Part shown: one piece after another, positions 10,218-18,260 of the stretch
How the letters are laid out: every line of letters starts with the position of its first letter
Numbering within the stretch: position 1 is the stretch's first letter
NCBI GenBank assembly: GCA_015069695.1
Contig: JADCRZ010000010.1
Span: forward strand, 23,194-87,193
Reading direction: 5' to 3'
Source of the DNA: Williamsia sp.
GTDB lineage: Bacteria; Bacteroidota; Bacteroidia; Chitinophagales; Chitinophagaceae
DNA: 64,000 nt
Position numbers and translations under genes: made by a program
Notes under the pieces: model-generated
Told to the model about the DNA's origin: nothing
The model's database searches: none
The model's input: the letters and a program-made list of their open reading frames with translations, nothing else

Positions 10218-10376
10218 GGGCGGCGTGATTTAGTTGACAAAAAGCACATGGCCAGCAAAAGTCTTTTTATCAGAACGTTTACACAGGCATCAGATTGTAC
10301 AGGCCCGCAAATTAGCCTATCTGCTTTTACGAGGCTGTTAATCCTATGTTACACCGGGATGGGAAGCCATAAAACT

Positions 10377-10793
10377 TTAGTTACTCCCGCTCGCCAGGCC
10401 GCTGTGTGCCACAAACATTTCAACAATGGGTTTCAGGTCCTGGTATGAAATAGGCTTGGTGTAAAAAGGAACATCGTATTTTTCAAGAATGCGTTTATCT
10501 CTTACATCGGAGGAGGTTGTAAAGATAACCACGGGTATGTCGCTGAATTGCTCGATGGATTTCAGGCGTGTGAGGGTTTCTTTTCCATCCATGACCGGCA
10601 TGTTCAGGTCCAGGATAATCAAGCTCGGATAGGCACCTGCGGATTCGATCTGTTTCAGATAATCAATTACTTTTAAACCATTCTCAGCCCGAACCAACTC
10701 GATGTCTTCATTGAAAGCCCTGAAAGCATCAGAAAGAATCATAAAATCATCGAAATCGTCCTCAGCGTATAGAATCGTGAAATTTTTGTTCAT
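10377..10793 (-). CDS. Stand-alone response regulator receiver (CheY-like)
   Basis: ILYAEDDFDD ... LIILDLNMPVMDGKETL ... PVVIFTTS ... KP. No output domain. Confidence 0.85.
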   Translation of the reverse strand: MNKNFTILYAEDDFDDFMILSDAFRAFNEDIELVRAENGLKVIDYLKQIESAGAYPSLIILDLNMPVMDGKETLTRLKSIEQFSDIPVVIFTTSSDVRDKRILEKYDVPFYTKPISYQDLKPIVEMFVAHSGLASGSN

Positions 10794-11422
10794 TTTACCG
10801 AAACAGATATTTTAATATAAGACAAAATTACACCAAAAGCTGCACCCGTACTACTTTGTTATGGGCGAAGATAAACACGGGTCATCTAAACGATGAAACA
10901 GTCCAAAAATTTTCTTGTGTCCAGCTGGTCCGGTCAATACCTATTCTACTTTTTCCTCATATCATCCAACAATAAGCTACTGAGACTAAGCACAGGAAAC
11001 AATACCGCCGTATTTCATAGGACAGGATTTTTTAAAAACGCTGAAATGCCTACTGCATCTGCGCCGGAGAAAACGGCTTTTCCAACAAAAAAATAAACTA
11101 CCGGTGATACGCACCTGCAATCGGTCACCTAATCACAAACCCCTTTTTCTCTCAGAAGGGCAATTCAGGGATTGTTAAACATCGTTTTCAGCCTTTTGTT
11201 TGCGCTTCCTGAAAGAATATTTAGGATTTCCGGTAAGGATGGCCTGGAATACACGCCTGTTCTGCATTACAACCTGTTGTATGTTAATGAAATCATAACA
11301 CCTGCGCATTGGTCGTTACAAAACTTTCATTCATCGATACACACTGGTGCAGGTGCAATTTTCAGGGCATCTTTACGTCGTTACCGGGTTACGAATTCAC
11401 TCATCACATAATTAAAATCTTT

Positions 11423-12172
11423 ATGGAAAGAAAACATTTTTTCAAAAACGGACTGGCAGCTTTGGGACTGATGGCACTGGCCCCCCTTGCCAACTCCTGT
11501 AAAAAAGATTCCGAAGAATTAAGCGGCACAACCACCGGTACAGGAACAGGTACCAGCACAGGTACAGGCACCGGTACTACCACGGGCTCCTGCACAGTTT
11601 CACCCACCGAAACCGAAGGACCTTTCCCAACCAAAACACCTTCTTCCCTGGTTACCGGCGATATCCGGAGTGACAGAACCGGGGTTCCGTTCACCATAAA
11701 GATTACCATCAACAATCAAAGCAACAGCTGCGCGGCCCTTTCAGGCGCCATTGTGGACATCTGGCATTGCGACAAAGATGGCAACTACTCCGAATATGGC
11801 GGCACCGGCATGCAGTCGACCAATTACACATCCGTTCATTTTTTACGGGGACGGCAAACAACGGATTCCAGCGGACTGGTCCAGTTCACATCTATCTTCC
11901 CTGGGTGGTACTCAGGCAGGGCACCGCACATCCATGTGCATGTTTACAATGCAAGTGGCAAATCGCTGCTGGTTACCCAGATTGCCTTTCCTACGGATGT
12001 TTGTAATACGGTATACACAACAGCCACAAATTATTATACAAAGGGCAAACAAGATACGTCCAATGCAAGCGACAATGTTTTCTCCGACTCACTGGCAACA
12101 GAATTAGCGACCGTTACCGGAAGCGTATCAGCAGGCTACACACTTACACACGTTGTTACAGTAGCTGCCTGA
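11423..12172 (+). CDS. Intradiol ring-cleavage dioxygenase-like lipoprotein
   Basis: The ATG at 11423 gives MERKHFFKNGLAALGLMALAPLANSC (lipobox), followed by a Thr/Gly linker. The core reads TEGPFP..GA.VDIWHCD.DGNYS..HIHVHV. Confidence 0.75.
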   Translation: MERKHFFKNGLAALGLMALAPLANSCKKDSEELSGTTTGTGTGTSTGTGTGTTTGSCTVSPTETEGPFPTKTPSSLVTGDIRSDRTGVPFTIKITINNQSNSCAALSGAIVDIWHCDKDGNYSEYGGTGMQSTNYTSVHFLRGRQTTDSSGLVQFTSIFPGWYSGRAPHIHVHVYNASGKSLLVTQIAFPTDVCNTVYTTATNYYTKGKQDTSNASDNVFSDSLATELATVTGSVSAGYTLTHVVTVAA

Positions 12173-12197
12173 TCGTTCAATATTCCTGAAAAAACAT

Positions 12198-12236
12198 ACA
12201 GACATTGAGGCACTTCTTCAATGTCTGTTTATTTTT
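12198..12236 (+). terminator. Rho-independent terminator after the dioxygenase-like gene
   Basis: 11-bp perfect stem acagacattga / tcaatgtctgt, 9-nt loop, T-rich tail ttattttt. Confidence 0.7.
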
Positions 12237-12237
12237 A

Positions 12238-12744
12238 ATGATGCAAAATACCCTGATCAGATTGTGTTACCGGAAGGTGATCAACAACCAGGCAACAAAG
12301 CCCTGGGAGCAGTATGTTTTTGAGGATACCTACAAAGAATTCCTGCTGCAGGTACAGTTTTACAACCAGGAAAAAATATACACCAGTTTTGGTGAGCTGG
12401 TAGCGCAGGCACCGGCGGCTGAGCAGTTACATTTTCTGGTTAGCGCTGCAGCTGTTGGTTATATAAAGCAACTGCAGGGAAAAGTACCCGATATTGCCAA
12501 CAGCCTGGGCCGCTTGTTCTTACCGTTTGAAAACTTCCGTTTTGAGATCATCAACTCAGATATCCGCGACAGATCAAAACACCAGGTTGCCATCAACTTT
12601 TATACTGACCAGCTTGTATGGCATGAAACGATCGGCTACCAGCTCCTGGTTTCTGTTCCGGGTAAGCAGGAAGGAGATGAAACCTTTACAGAGCTGTTTT
12701 CCCTCCAGCCTTACCTGAGTATTTATTCAATCAAGAAATTGTAA
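12238..12744 (+). CDS. Hypothetical protein (no recognisable domain)
   Basis: The ORF-track TTG start (12205) lies inside the terminator stem, so the ATG at 12238 is preferred. Its stop is 4 nt before the pirin gene start, which suggests co-transcription. Confidence 0.55.
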   Translation: MMQNTLIRLCYRKVINNQATKPWEQYVFEDTYKEFLLQVQFYNQEKIYTSFGELVAQAPAAEQLHFLVSAAAVGYIKQLQGKVPDIANSLGRLFLPFENFRFEIINSDIRDRSKHQVAINFYTDQLVWHETIGYQLLVSVPGKQEGDETFTELFSLQPYLSIYSIKKL

Positions 12745-12748
12745 AACG

Positions 12749-13438
12749 ATGCTGGACCAATCACAGGGAAAAATGTTTCTGGCGGCTGAACGCGGTCATA
12801 CCGAAACCGACTGGTTCCGCAGCTACAATACCTTTAATTTCGGAAACTACCGGCATGAACACAAAGCCCCTTTCGGGCCGCTGTATGTTTTGAACGATGA
12901 TACCCTGGCAGGCGGGAAAAAGATGACGCTGCAGGTAGAAGAAGATGCTGTCATTATCTTATTACCCACTGTTGGTGCGATCATCTTTATAGACAGCCAG
13001 GGATATGAAAGCATTGTAGAAGCTGGCCAGGCGCAGGTGTATGCGGCACAAAAAAACACGTCTATCTTAATCGGCAATCCTTACGACGACGCGCTGATCA
13101 ACTTTTTGCAGATATGGGTCAGGCAGCCCGTCATGAACGCTTTCGAACCGCTGGTTACCGGTTTTGACCTGGTTCACAACAAAAACAAGCTGATGGAAAT
13201 AACAGGAGGGCATTCTCTTCCCGCCTGTTTTATCGGCAAATTCGAAGGCAGGCAGGAAGCCATTTACCCGATCAGGCAAGGAAACGGCCTGTTTGTTTTT
13301 GTACTCGAAGGCGCCTTTGAAGTACAATACAGACTCCTCGAAACCCGCGACGGCCTGGCACTCTGGAATACCCAAGAAGCTGAGCTGGAAGCGCTCTCCA
13401 ATGACGCGATTATTTTGCTGGTGGAGGTACCTGTCTGA
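12749..13438 (+). CDS. Pirin family (cupin) protein
   Basis: The N-terminus ERGHTETDWFRSYNTFNFGNY...PFGPLYVLNDDTL matches the pirin/YhaK pattern. Confidence 0.75.
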   Translation: MLDQSQGKMFLAAERGHTETDWFRSYNTFNFGNYRHEHKAPFGPLYVLNDDTLAGGKKMTLQVEEDAVIILLPTVGAIIFIDSQGYESIVEAGQAQVYAAQKNTSILIGNPYDDALINFLQIWVRQPVMNAFEPLVTGFDLVHNKNKLMEITGGHSLPACFIGKFEGRQEAIYPIRQGNGLFVFVLEGAFEVQYRLLETRDGLALWNTQEAELEALSNDAIILLVEVPV

Positions 13439-13531
13439 ACCAGGATTTACAGGATTAGAGGGATTCCGGCAAGAGGATCAATGGTCCAACATCCCCGAAT
13501 CCCTGTAATCCTGTAAATCCTGGTTCCAGAC
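13433..13531. repeat. Palindromic dispersed repeat unit (GTCTGAACCAGGATTTACAGGAT family) filling a convergent gene junction
   Basis: The left arm gtctgaaccaggatttacaggattagagggattc pairs with the right arm gaatccctgtaatcctgtaaatcctggttccagac. This gives a stem of about 34 bp with 1 indel and 1 mismatch, and a loop of about 29 nt. Confidence 0.85.
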
Positions 13532-14949
13532 TACGGGAATATGCCCAGCTCTGCGTAAGAAGTTCCGACTTTGTTGATGGCGCATACGTAGGCGGCCGTG
13601 CGCATGTCGGGGATTTCGGGGTTTTTGTGCCATACGTCGAGGATCTCGCGGGTGGCCGTGATCATGGTTTCTTCCAGGCCGCTGCGCACCAGGTCAACCT
13701 CTTCGGCACCGTGCATGATAAAGTCTTTTTCTTTTTTGGAGACCTGTTTATCGGTCAGCTCTTCGATCTGTCCCAGGATATGGGCGTTCATGTTTTCGCT
13801 GAAACGCTTTTCCAGCCGTCCATAACGTACATGACTTAAATTCTTCAGCCATTCAAAATAAGAAACCGTTACCCCACCGGCATTCAGGTACATATCAGGA
13901 ACTACGAGCACATTGCGCCGGATAAATTCTTCGTCTGCCTCCGGTGTGAGGGGGCCATTGGCGGCCTCTCCGATGATCTTTGCTTTTATGCGGGGGGCGT
14001 TTTCCCCGTTGATCACGTTTTCCAGGGCTGCCGGAATCAGGATGTCGCACTCCATCTCCAGGGCCTGGCTGGTTGTTTCAAAATTCTGTGCACCCGGGAA
14101 GTTCAGGATAGAACCCGAAGCCCCGCGGTGGTTAAACACATCCTGCACGTTCAATCCTTCTTCACTGTAGATAGCGCCCTCGTACTCGGCGAGTCCTACA
14201 ATCTTGGCGCCGGCCTGTTCAAAGAATATAGCAGAGTGATAGCCTACGTTTCCCAATCCCTGTACTACGACACGCTTGCCTTCCACACCGGGCGTCAGGT
14301 TGAGCCGGTTGGTTACTTCAGGCATGTTGCACACTTCACGCAAACCATAAAAAACACCCAAGCCGGTTGCTTCTTTTCTGCCGCGCACACCGCCCTGGGT
14401 GACCGGCTTGCCTGTTACACAGCCCATCGCATCAACTTCGCCGGGCCGCATGCTCATATACGTATCCAGGATCCACGACATTTCGCGCTCACCGGTTCCG
14501 TAATCCGGTGCCGGCACATCGGTTCCAGGTCCGATAAAATTTTTCTTGATCAGTTCTGCTGTATAGCGGCGGGTGATTTTTTCCAGGTCGTAAGCTGAAT
14601 ACTTTTTCGGATCAAGGGTAATACCGCCTTTGGCACCACCGAACGGCACGTTCACGATAGCACATTTGTAGGTCATCAGGGCAGCCAGCGCCATCACTTC
14701 ATCCAGGTTAACCGTGGTGGCGAAACGGATGCCTCCTTTACATGGCAGCTTATGATGCGAGTGCTGCACGCGGTAGGCTTTGATCACTTCTATCTTGTCA
14801 CCGATCTTAACCGGAAAATGCATCCTGTAAACCGAATTGCATTGTTTTATCTGTTCAAGCACACCCTTATCCCACTGGGTAAATGCGGCAGCTTTATCAA
14901 AGCTCTTTTCCACGGCAGCAAAAAAACTGTATTCTGGTTGTGCAGACAT
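13531..14949 (-). CDS. gdh: Glutamate dehydrogenase (Glu/Leu/Phe/Val dehydrogenase family)
   Basis: CKGGIRF, PFGGAKGG and GLGNVG (Rossmann) motifs. At 472 aa it resembles the long, animal-type class. Confidence 0.92.
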   Translation of the reverse strand: MSAQPEYSFFAAVEKSFDKAAAFTQWDKGVLEQIKQCNSVYRMHFPVKIGDKIEVIKAYRVQHSHHKLPCKGGIRFATTVNLDEVMALAALMTYKCAIVNVPFGGAKGGITLDPKKYSAYDLEKITRRYTAELIKKNFIGPGTDVPAPDYGTGEREMSWILDTYMSMRPGEVDAMGCVTGKPVTQGGVRGRKEATGLGVFYGLREVCNMPEVTNRLNLTPGVEGKRVVVQGLGNVGYHSAIFFEQAGAKIVGLAEYEGAIYSEEGLNVQDVFNHRGASGSILNFPGAQNFETTSQALEMECDILIPAALENVINGENAPRIKAKIIGEAANGPLTPEADEEFIRRNVLVVPDMYLNAGGVTVSYFEWLKNLSHVRYGRLEKRFSENMNAHILGQIEELTDKQVSKKEKDFIMHGAEEVDLVRSGLEETMITATREILDVWHKNPEIPDMRTAAYVCAINKVGTSYAELGIFP

Positions 14950-14979
14950 ATGATATGTATTTTATTGTTTTTCGTATGG

Positions 14980-14997
14980 TGCAATCCCGGCGTGCCA
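14980..14997 (-). promoter_or_regulatory. Sigma-54-like element with non-canonical spacing upstream of gdh
   Basis: The minus strand reads TGGCACG-CCGGGA-TTGCA. Both half-sites are perfect but separated by 6 nt rather than the canonical 4. The TTGCA lies about 30 nt upstream of the gdh ATG. Confidence 0.25.
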
Positions 14998-15082
14998 TGG
15001 GCACCCCAGCTTTATCATTGGGCAATCAGTTCCATGTTTTTCTACAACGCCGGCAGCGGCGAGCAAGTATGCAAGAGAGATT

Positions 15083-15319
15083 TTATCTCTGTGACTCTTT
15101 TTCCAGCCGGCTGACTTTTTTGTCCAGGTAGATCAAATAAAAAACAATACCAGCCAAAATGGTGACCACAACGGCTACCACAACCCATATTTTCCCATCT
15201 GCCCGCAGTCCGGTGGCCATTTGTGGTTTTTCGTCCGCATCACTGCCTGTTTGAGCCAGGCAAACAGTACTAACCAGCAAACAGTATAGGCAGAACAGGA
15301 GATAGTATACTTTTTTCAT
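15083..15319 (-). CDS. CcmD-like small membrane protein
   Basis: MKKVYYLLFCLYCLLVSTVCLAQ signal, one TM (IWVVVAVVVTILAGIVFYLIYL) and a charged tail. Its ATG overlaps the ccmC stop (ATGA). Confidence 0.65.
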   Translation of the reverse strand: MKKVYYLLFCLYCLLVSTVCLAQTGSDADEKPQMATGLRADGKIWVVVAVVVTILAGIVFYLIYLDKKVSRLEKESQR

Positions 15320-15984
15320 GAAATGAGTTTCTTTTCTTCCAGAATTTTCAGGCGCAGCCGGAGTGAAGTGATCCAGAGCCCCAGGAGCGTCCACCCAGGC
15401 ACAGCACCAGGCCAGAAAACAAGCCGCATGCGGGAATCGATGTCTTTGGTATTGAATGCAGGATTGCCCATGCCGCCGGGATGCAAGCTATCAACCAGTC
15501 GCGGAATGATCCAGATGGTAGGAAACAGCATGGCAAACGCAAACACATTGTAAACAGCACCTATACGTGCCCGTTTGTCCAGATCAGGGATAGAGTTTCT
15601 TAATACCAGGTATGCAAAATAGATCAGGATCGCAATGGCTGCTCCCAACTGCTTGATGTCGTTGCTCCAGGGCTTGCCCCAGGTATAATTAGCCCAAATA
15701 GCACCGGTTGTGAGTCCCAGTACACCAAAAAGCAACCCGCTGTTGGCAAATTCTACCGCATACCAGTCATGCTTCAGGTTGCCGGAGCGCAGGTATTTGA
15801 TAGAGTAAACCAGGGAAACAATAAAAAAGATCATCATACCAAACCACATGGCCACATGAAAATACAGATTGCGGATGGTTTCGTTCAGGATCGGCTTTGC
15901 AGGAACCGGGCCTATAAAGCCTGCTACAAAAGCATACAGCAGCAAAGCAACACCCAGTATTTTCCACCACGACCGGTGTAACAT
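15316..15984 (-). CDS. ccmC: Heme exporter / cytochrome c assembly protein CcmC (CcsA-type annotation also possible)
   Basis: Six TM segments and a Trp-rich loop, AIWANYTWGKPWSNDIKQ. Confidence 0.8.
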   Translation of the reverse strand: MLHRSWWKILGVALLLYAFVAGFIGPVPAKPILNETIRNLYFHVAMWFGMMIFFIVSLVYSIKYLRSGNLKHDWYAVEFANSGLLFGVLGLTTGAIWANYTWGKPWSNDIKQLGAAIAILIYFAYLVLRNSIPDLDKRARIGAVYNVFAFAMLFPTIWIIPRLVDSLHPGGMGNPAFNTKDIDSRMRLVFWPGAVPGWTLLGLWITSLRLRLKILEEKKLIS

Positions 15985-16128
15985 ATAGATCAGATTAAAA
16001 GCTGGCAGGAGAACACCTTGTCAAAGCAGGTCACCCTTTCCAAAAATTGAGGTCAAAAGTAGGATAAACCAGGTTATTATTTCAAGTATTCCCAAAAATG
16101 CAGCTGCTGTTCCAACTTCTCCCGGGAT

Positions 16129-16779
16129 TTAATCTTTCCACAAAAACGGAAACAGGATGATAGATAAGACTACGGTAAGTCCATCCAACCCTGCCAGCAG
16201 GAGCACGATCTGGTAAAACCCGCCCTGCACAACATCGCTGAACGCTGTATTTGACAAACGCATCAGCAACAGCAGCTGGGGGATGATAAGGGGAAAACCG
16301 AGTATTGCAATAAGAGCTGCGTTTTGCTGGGCCCGGGCAGCAATGGCTGATAAGAATGTAAACAGGAGGCTCAGCCCTGTTCCGCCAAAAACAGCCATGG
16401 CAACAAACTGAAGCATGTGCGCAAGCGGGTCACCCAGCAGGAGCCAGAACAGCAGCACACTTACACTGCTCATGACCAGCATCACGGCCATGTTGAACAG
16501 GAGCTTGGCAACAATAAAATCCACGGCACCTGCAATCGAATAAAAATACAGCATCCGGCCCCTCCCCTCCTGCAAAAAGCTTTTTGCGACTGCATTCACA
16601 CAAACAAACAACTCCATCATCCAGAACAATCCATTCCACACCACCCCTTCGGGCTGTCCCATGGCCAGGTACAATACAAAAATGGTAGAAACAACGTACA
16701 GGAGTATGCCATAGAATGAGTACTGCTGGCGGATCTCGAGCAGTATATCTTTGCGGAGTAAGGTGATGATTTTGTTCAT
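16129..16779 (-). CDS. ccmB: Heme exporter protein CcmB
   Basis: MNKIITLLRKDILLEIRQQYSFYGILLYV. Six TM segments, consistent with a CcmB-family ABC permease. Confidence 0.8.
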   Translation of the reverse strand: MNKIITLLRKDILLEIRQQYSFYGILLYVVSTIFVLYLAMGQPEGVVWNGLFWMMELFVCVNAVAKSFLQEGRGRMLYFYSIAGAVDFIVAKLLFNMAVMLVMSSVSVLLFWLLLGDPLAHMLQFVAMAVFGGTGLSLLFTFLSAIAARAQQNAALIAILGFPLIIPQLLLLMRLSNTAFSDVVQGGFYQIVLLLAGLDGLTVVLSIILFPFLWKD

Positions 16780-16835
16780 AGCGCTGTTGCTTCTTTTTGC
16801 CTCGATGCAGGGAGGCTTTCTTCTTTTTGCCTTGA

Positions 16836-17079
16836 TGCAAAAAGAAGCAAAAAAATCAAGGCTGTTTGAAAATGGCTAAAATTTACTGCGTTTCGCTACA
16901 ACGAACAAGCTATTATTGAGCGGATATGGGTGTTTCTACCATCGCATGAATAAAGCTATAGTACAACCCCGGGCGTGTTCGTTGCTGAACGCTCCACTCC
17001 GTAAATTTCTTCACGCCCCTTTCAAAAGGCCGCGGGGAAGAAGAGATGTTCGTAGATCGATCAGCTAATTGTCTGAACC
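16836..17079. repeat. Left arm of imperfect inverted repeat flanking tdk
   Basis: aaagaagcaaaaaaatcaaggctgtttgaaaatggctaaaatttactgcgtttcgctacaacgaacaagctat ... ccgtaaatttcttcacgc ... aaaaggccg aligns with the reverse complement of 17931-18190. Confidence 0.8.
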
Positions 17080-17240
17080 AGGATTACACGGATCCACGGA
17101 TTACAGGATTGATTGGTAAGAGTTTGACATCTTGATAATGATCAATACGTATGTTTAAGGATCGATCTTTAAAGATGAGTATCGATCAACTACAGGATGC
17201 CTCACACTCGACCACCAATCCTGTAAATCAAGGTTCAGAC
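17071..17240. repeat. MITE-like unit of the GTCTGAACC palindromic repeat family
   Basis: Terminal inverted repeats are gtctgaaccaggattacacggat ... atcctgtaaatcaaggttcagac. The unit ends 4 nt from the tdk stop. Confidence 0.75.
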
Positions 17241-17244
17241 AACC

Positions 17245-17820
17245 TCACGCGCCCTTGCCTAAATAATAGCAGTATCTGCAGCGGGGTTCGTAGTAGTCTT
17301 TTTCGCCCAGCACTACCTGGGCTTCCTGGCCGGTTTTGCGGTAGGAGTAATTGGCTATGTTGCCGCAGCAGACGCAGATGGCGTGCAGCTTGGTGATATA
17401 GTCGGCTGTGGCGAGCAGGCAGGGAATCTGGCCGAAGGGCTTGCCGGTGAAGTCCATGTCGAGCCCGGCAACAATTACCCGTGATCCGCTGAGGGCGAGC
17501 TGGTTGCACACATCTGTGAGGGCATCATCAAAGAACTGCGCTTCATCAATACCAATTACACTTACACCACTCCCCATCAGCAGAATAGATTGCGAATGCT
17601 CAACAGGTGTGGAAGGAATCGCATTGTCGTTGTGAGAAACAATATTTTTAATATGGTAGCGCGTGTCGATGGCGGGTTTAAATATCTCTACTTTCTGGTG
17701 AGCAATCTGCGCCCTTCTAAGCCGGCGAATCAATTCTTCCGTCTTCCCCGAAAACATCGGCCCGCAAATCACCTCGATCCACCCCCTTCTCCCCCCATAT
17801 AAAGCTGGTTCAGTAAACAT
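17245..17820 (-). CDS. tdk: Thymidine kinase
   Basis: P-loop [11 protein letters not shown] and C-terminal zinc-ribbon cysteines (CVCCG ... CRYC). Confidence 0.95.
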   Translation of the reverse strand: MFTEPALYGGRRGWIEVICGPMFSGKTEELIRRLRRAQIAHQKVEIFKPAIDTRYHIKNIVSHNDNAIPSTPVEHSQSILLMGSGVSVIGIDEAQFFDDALTDVCNQLALSGSRVIVAGLDMDFTGKPFGQIPCLLATADYITKLHAICVCCGNIANYSYRKTGQEAQVVLGEKDYYEPRCRYCYYLGKGA

Positions 17821-17930
17821 AAATCAGTAACGTTAAGCCCCCTTCTCATTTTGTTCAATAATTGCCCCATTCATCAGTCCTGCTCCCCCATCCTCCCACT
17901 CCCTTGCTTTCCTCTCTCCTACCTAGTAAC

Positions 17931-18190
17931 GCAAGGTTCAAAATTCTTTCTATCGTTCTTCTCTTCTTCATTCCACCTTTCTTCTCAACCACCGGCCTTT
18001 TAAAAATAGCGTGAAGAAATTTACAGAACGAAGCGTTAAGCGACGAACATGCCCGGTATTGCACCAAAGCCCCATGCATGCAACGGCTGAGGAAAGAACG
18101 AATCCCTGGACATAGCTTGTTCGTTGTAGCGCAGTGCAGTAAATTTTAGCTATTTTTAAAAAGCCTTGATTTTTTTGCTTCTTTTTTTAT
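17931..18190. repeat. Right arm of imperfect inverted repeat flanking tdk
   Basis: Its reverse complement aligns with 16836-17079 along roughly 250 bp. Several 20-70-nt blocks are nearly identical. Confidence 0.8.
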
Positions 18191-18260
18191 CAGGAAAAAA
18201 GAAGTCAGCGTCTCAAGAAAAAAGAACGTAAAATTTGTAACGCCAAAAGTACCATAACAT

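Noticed and set aside
10893-11411. ORFs 10893-11096 and 11172-11411 as genes in the long spacer
   Set aside because: They are short, with no motifs, odd composition and no plausible start context. The region is reported only as an unexplained spacer.
11525-11590. Imperfect ggtaca/ggcacc repeats (a possible microsatellite)
   Set aside because: They encode a Thr/Gly linker (TTGTGTGTSTGTGTGTTTG) after the lipoprotein signal of the dioxygenase-like protein. The codons are varied, so this is an ordinary low-complexity linker rather than a slippage-prone tandem repeat.
16430-16840. 136-aa Lys/Arg-rich ORF overlapping ccmB and the repeat arm
   Set aside because: It is out of frame within the well-supported ccmB gene and runs into A-rich repeat DNA (KKKASLHRGKKKQQ is a translation of the repeat).
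16836-18190. Composite transposon or IS interpretation of the inverted repeats around tdk
   Set aside because: There is no transposase, integrase or recombinase ORF inside or next to the arms. The arms are about 75 percent identical rather than near-identical, and I could not identify target-site duplications. It is kept as a structural finding only.
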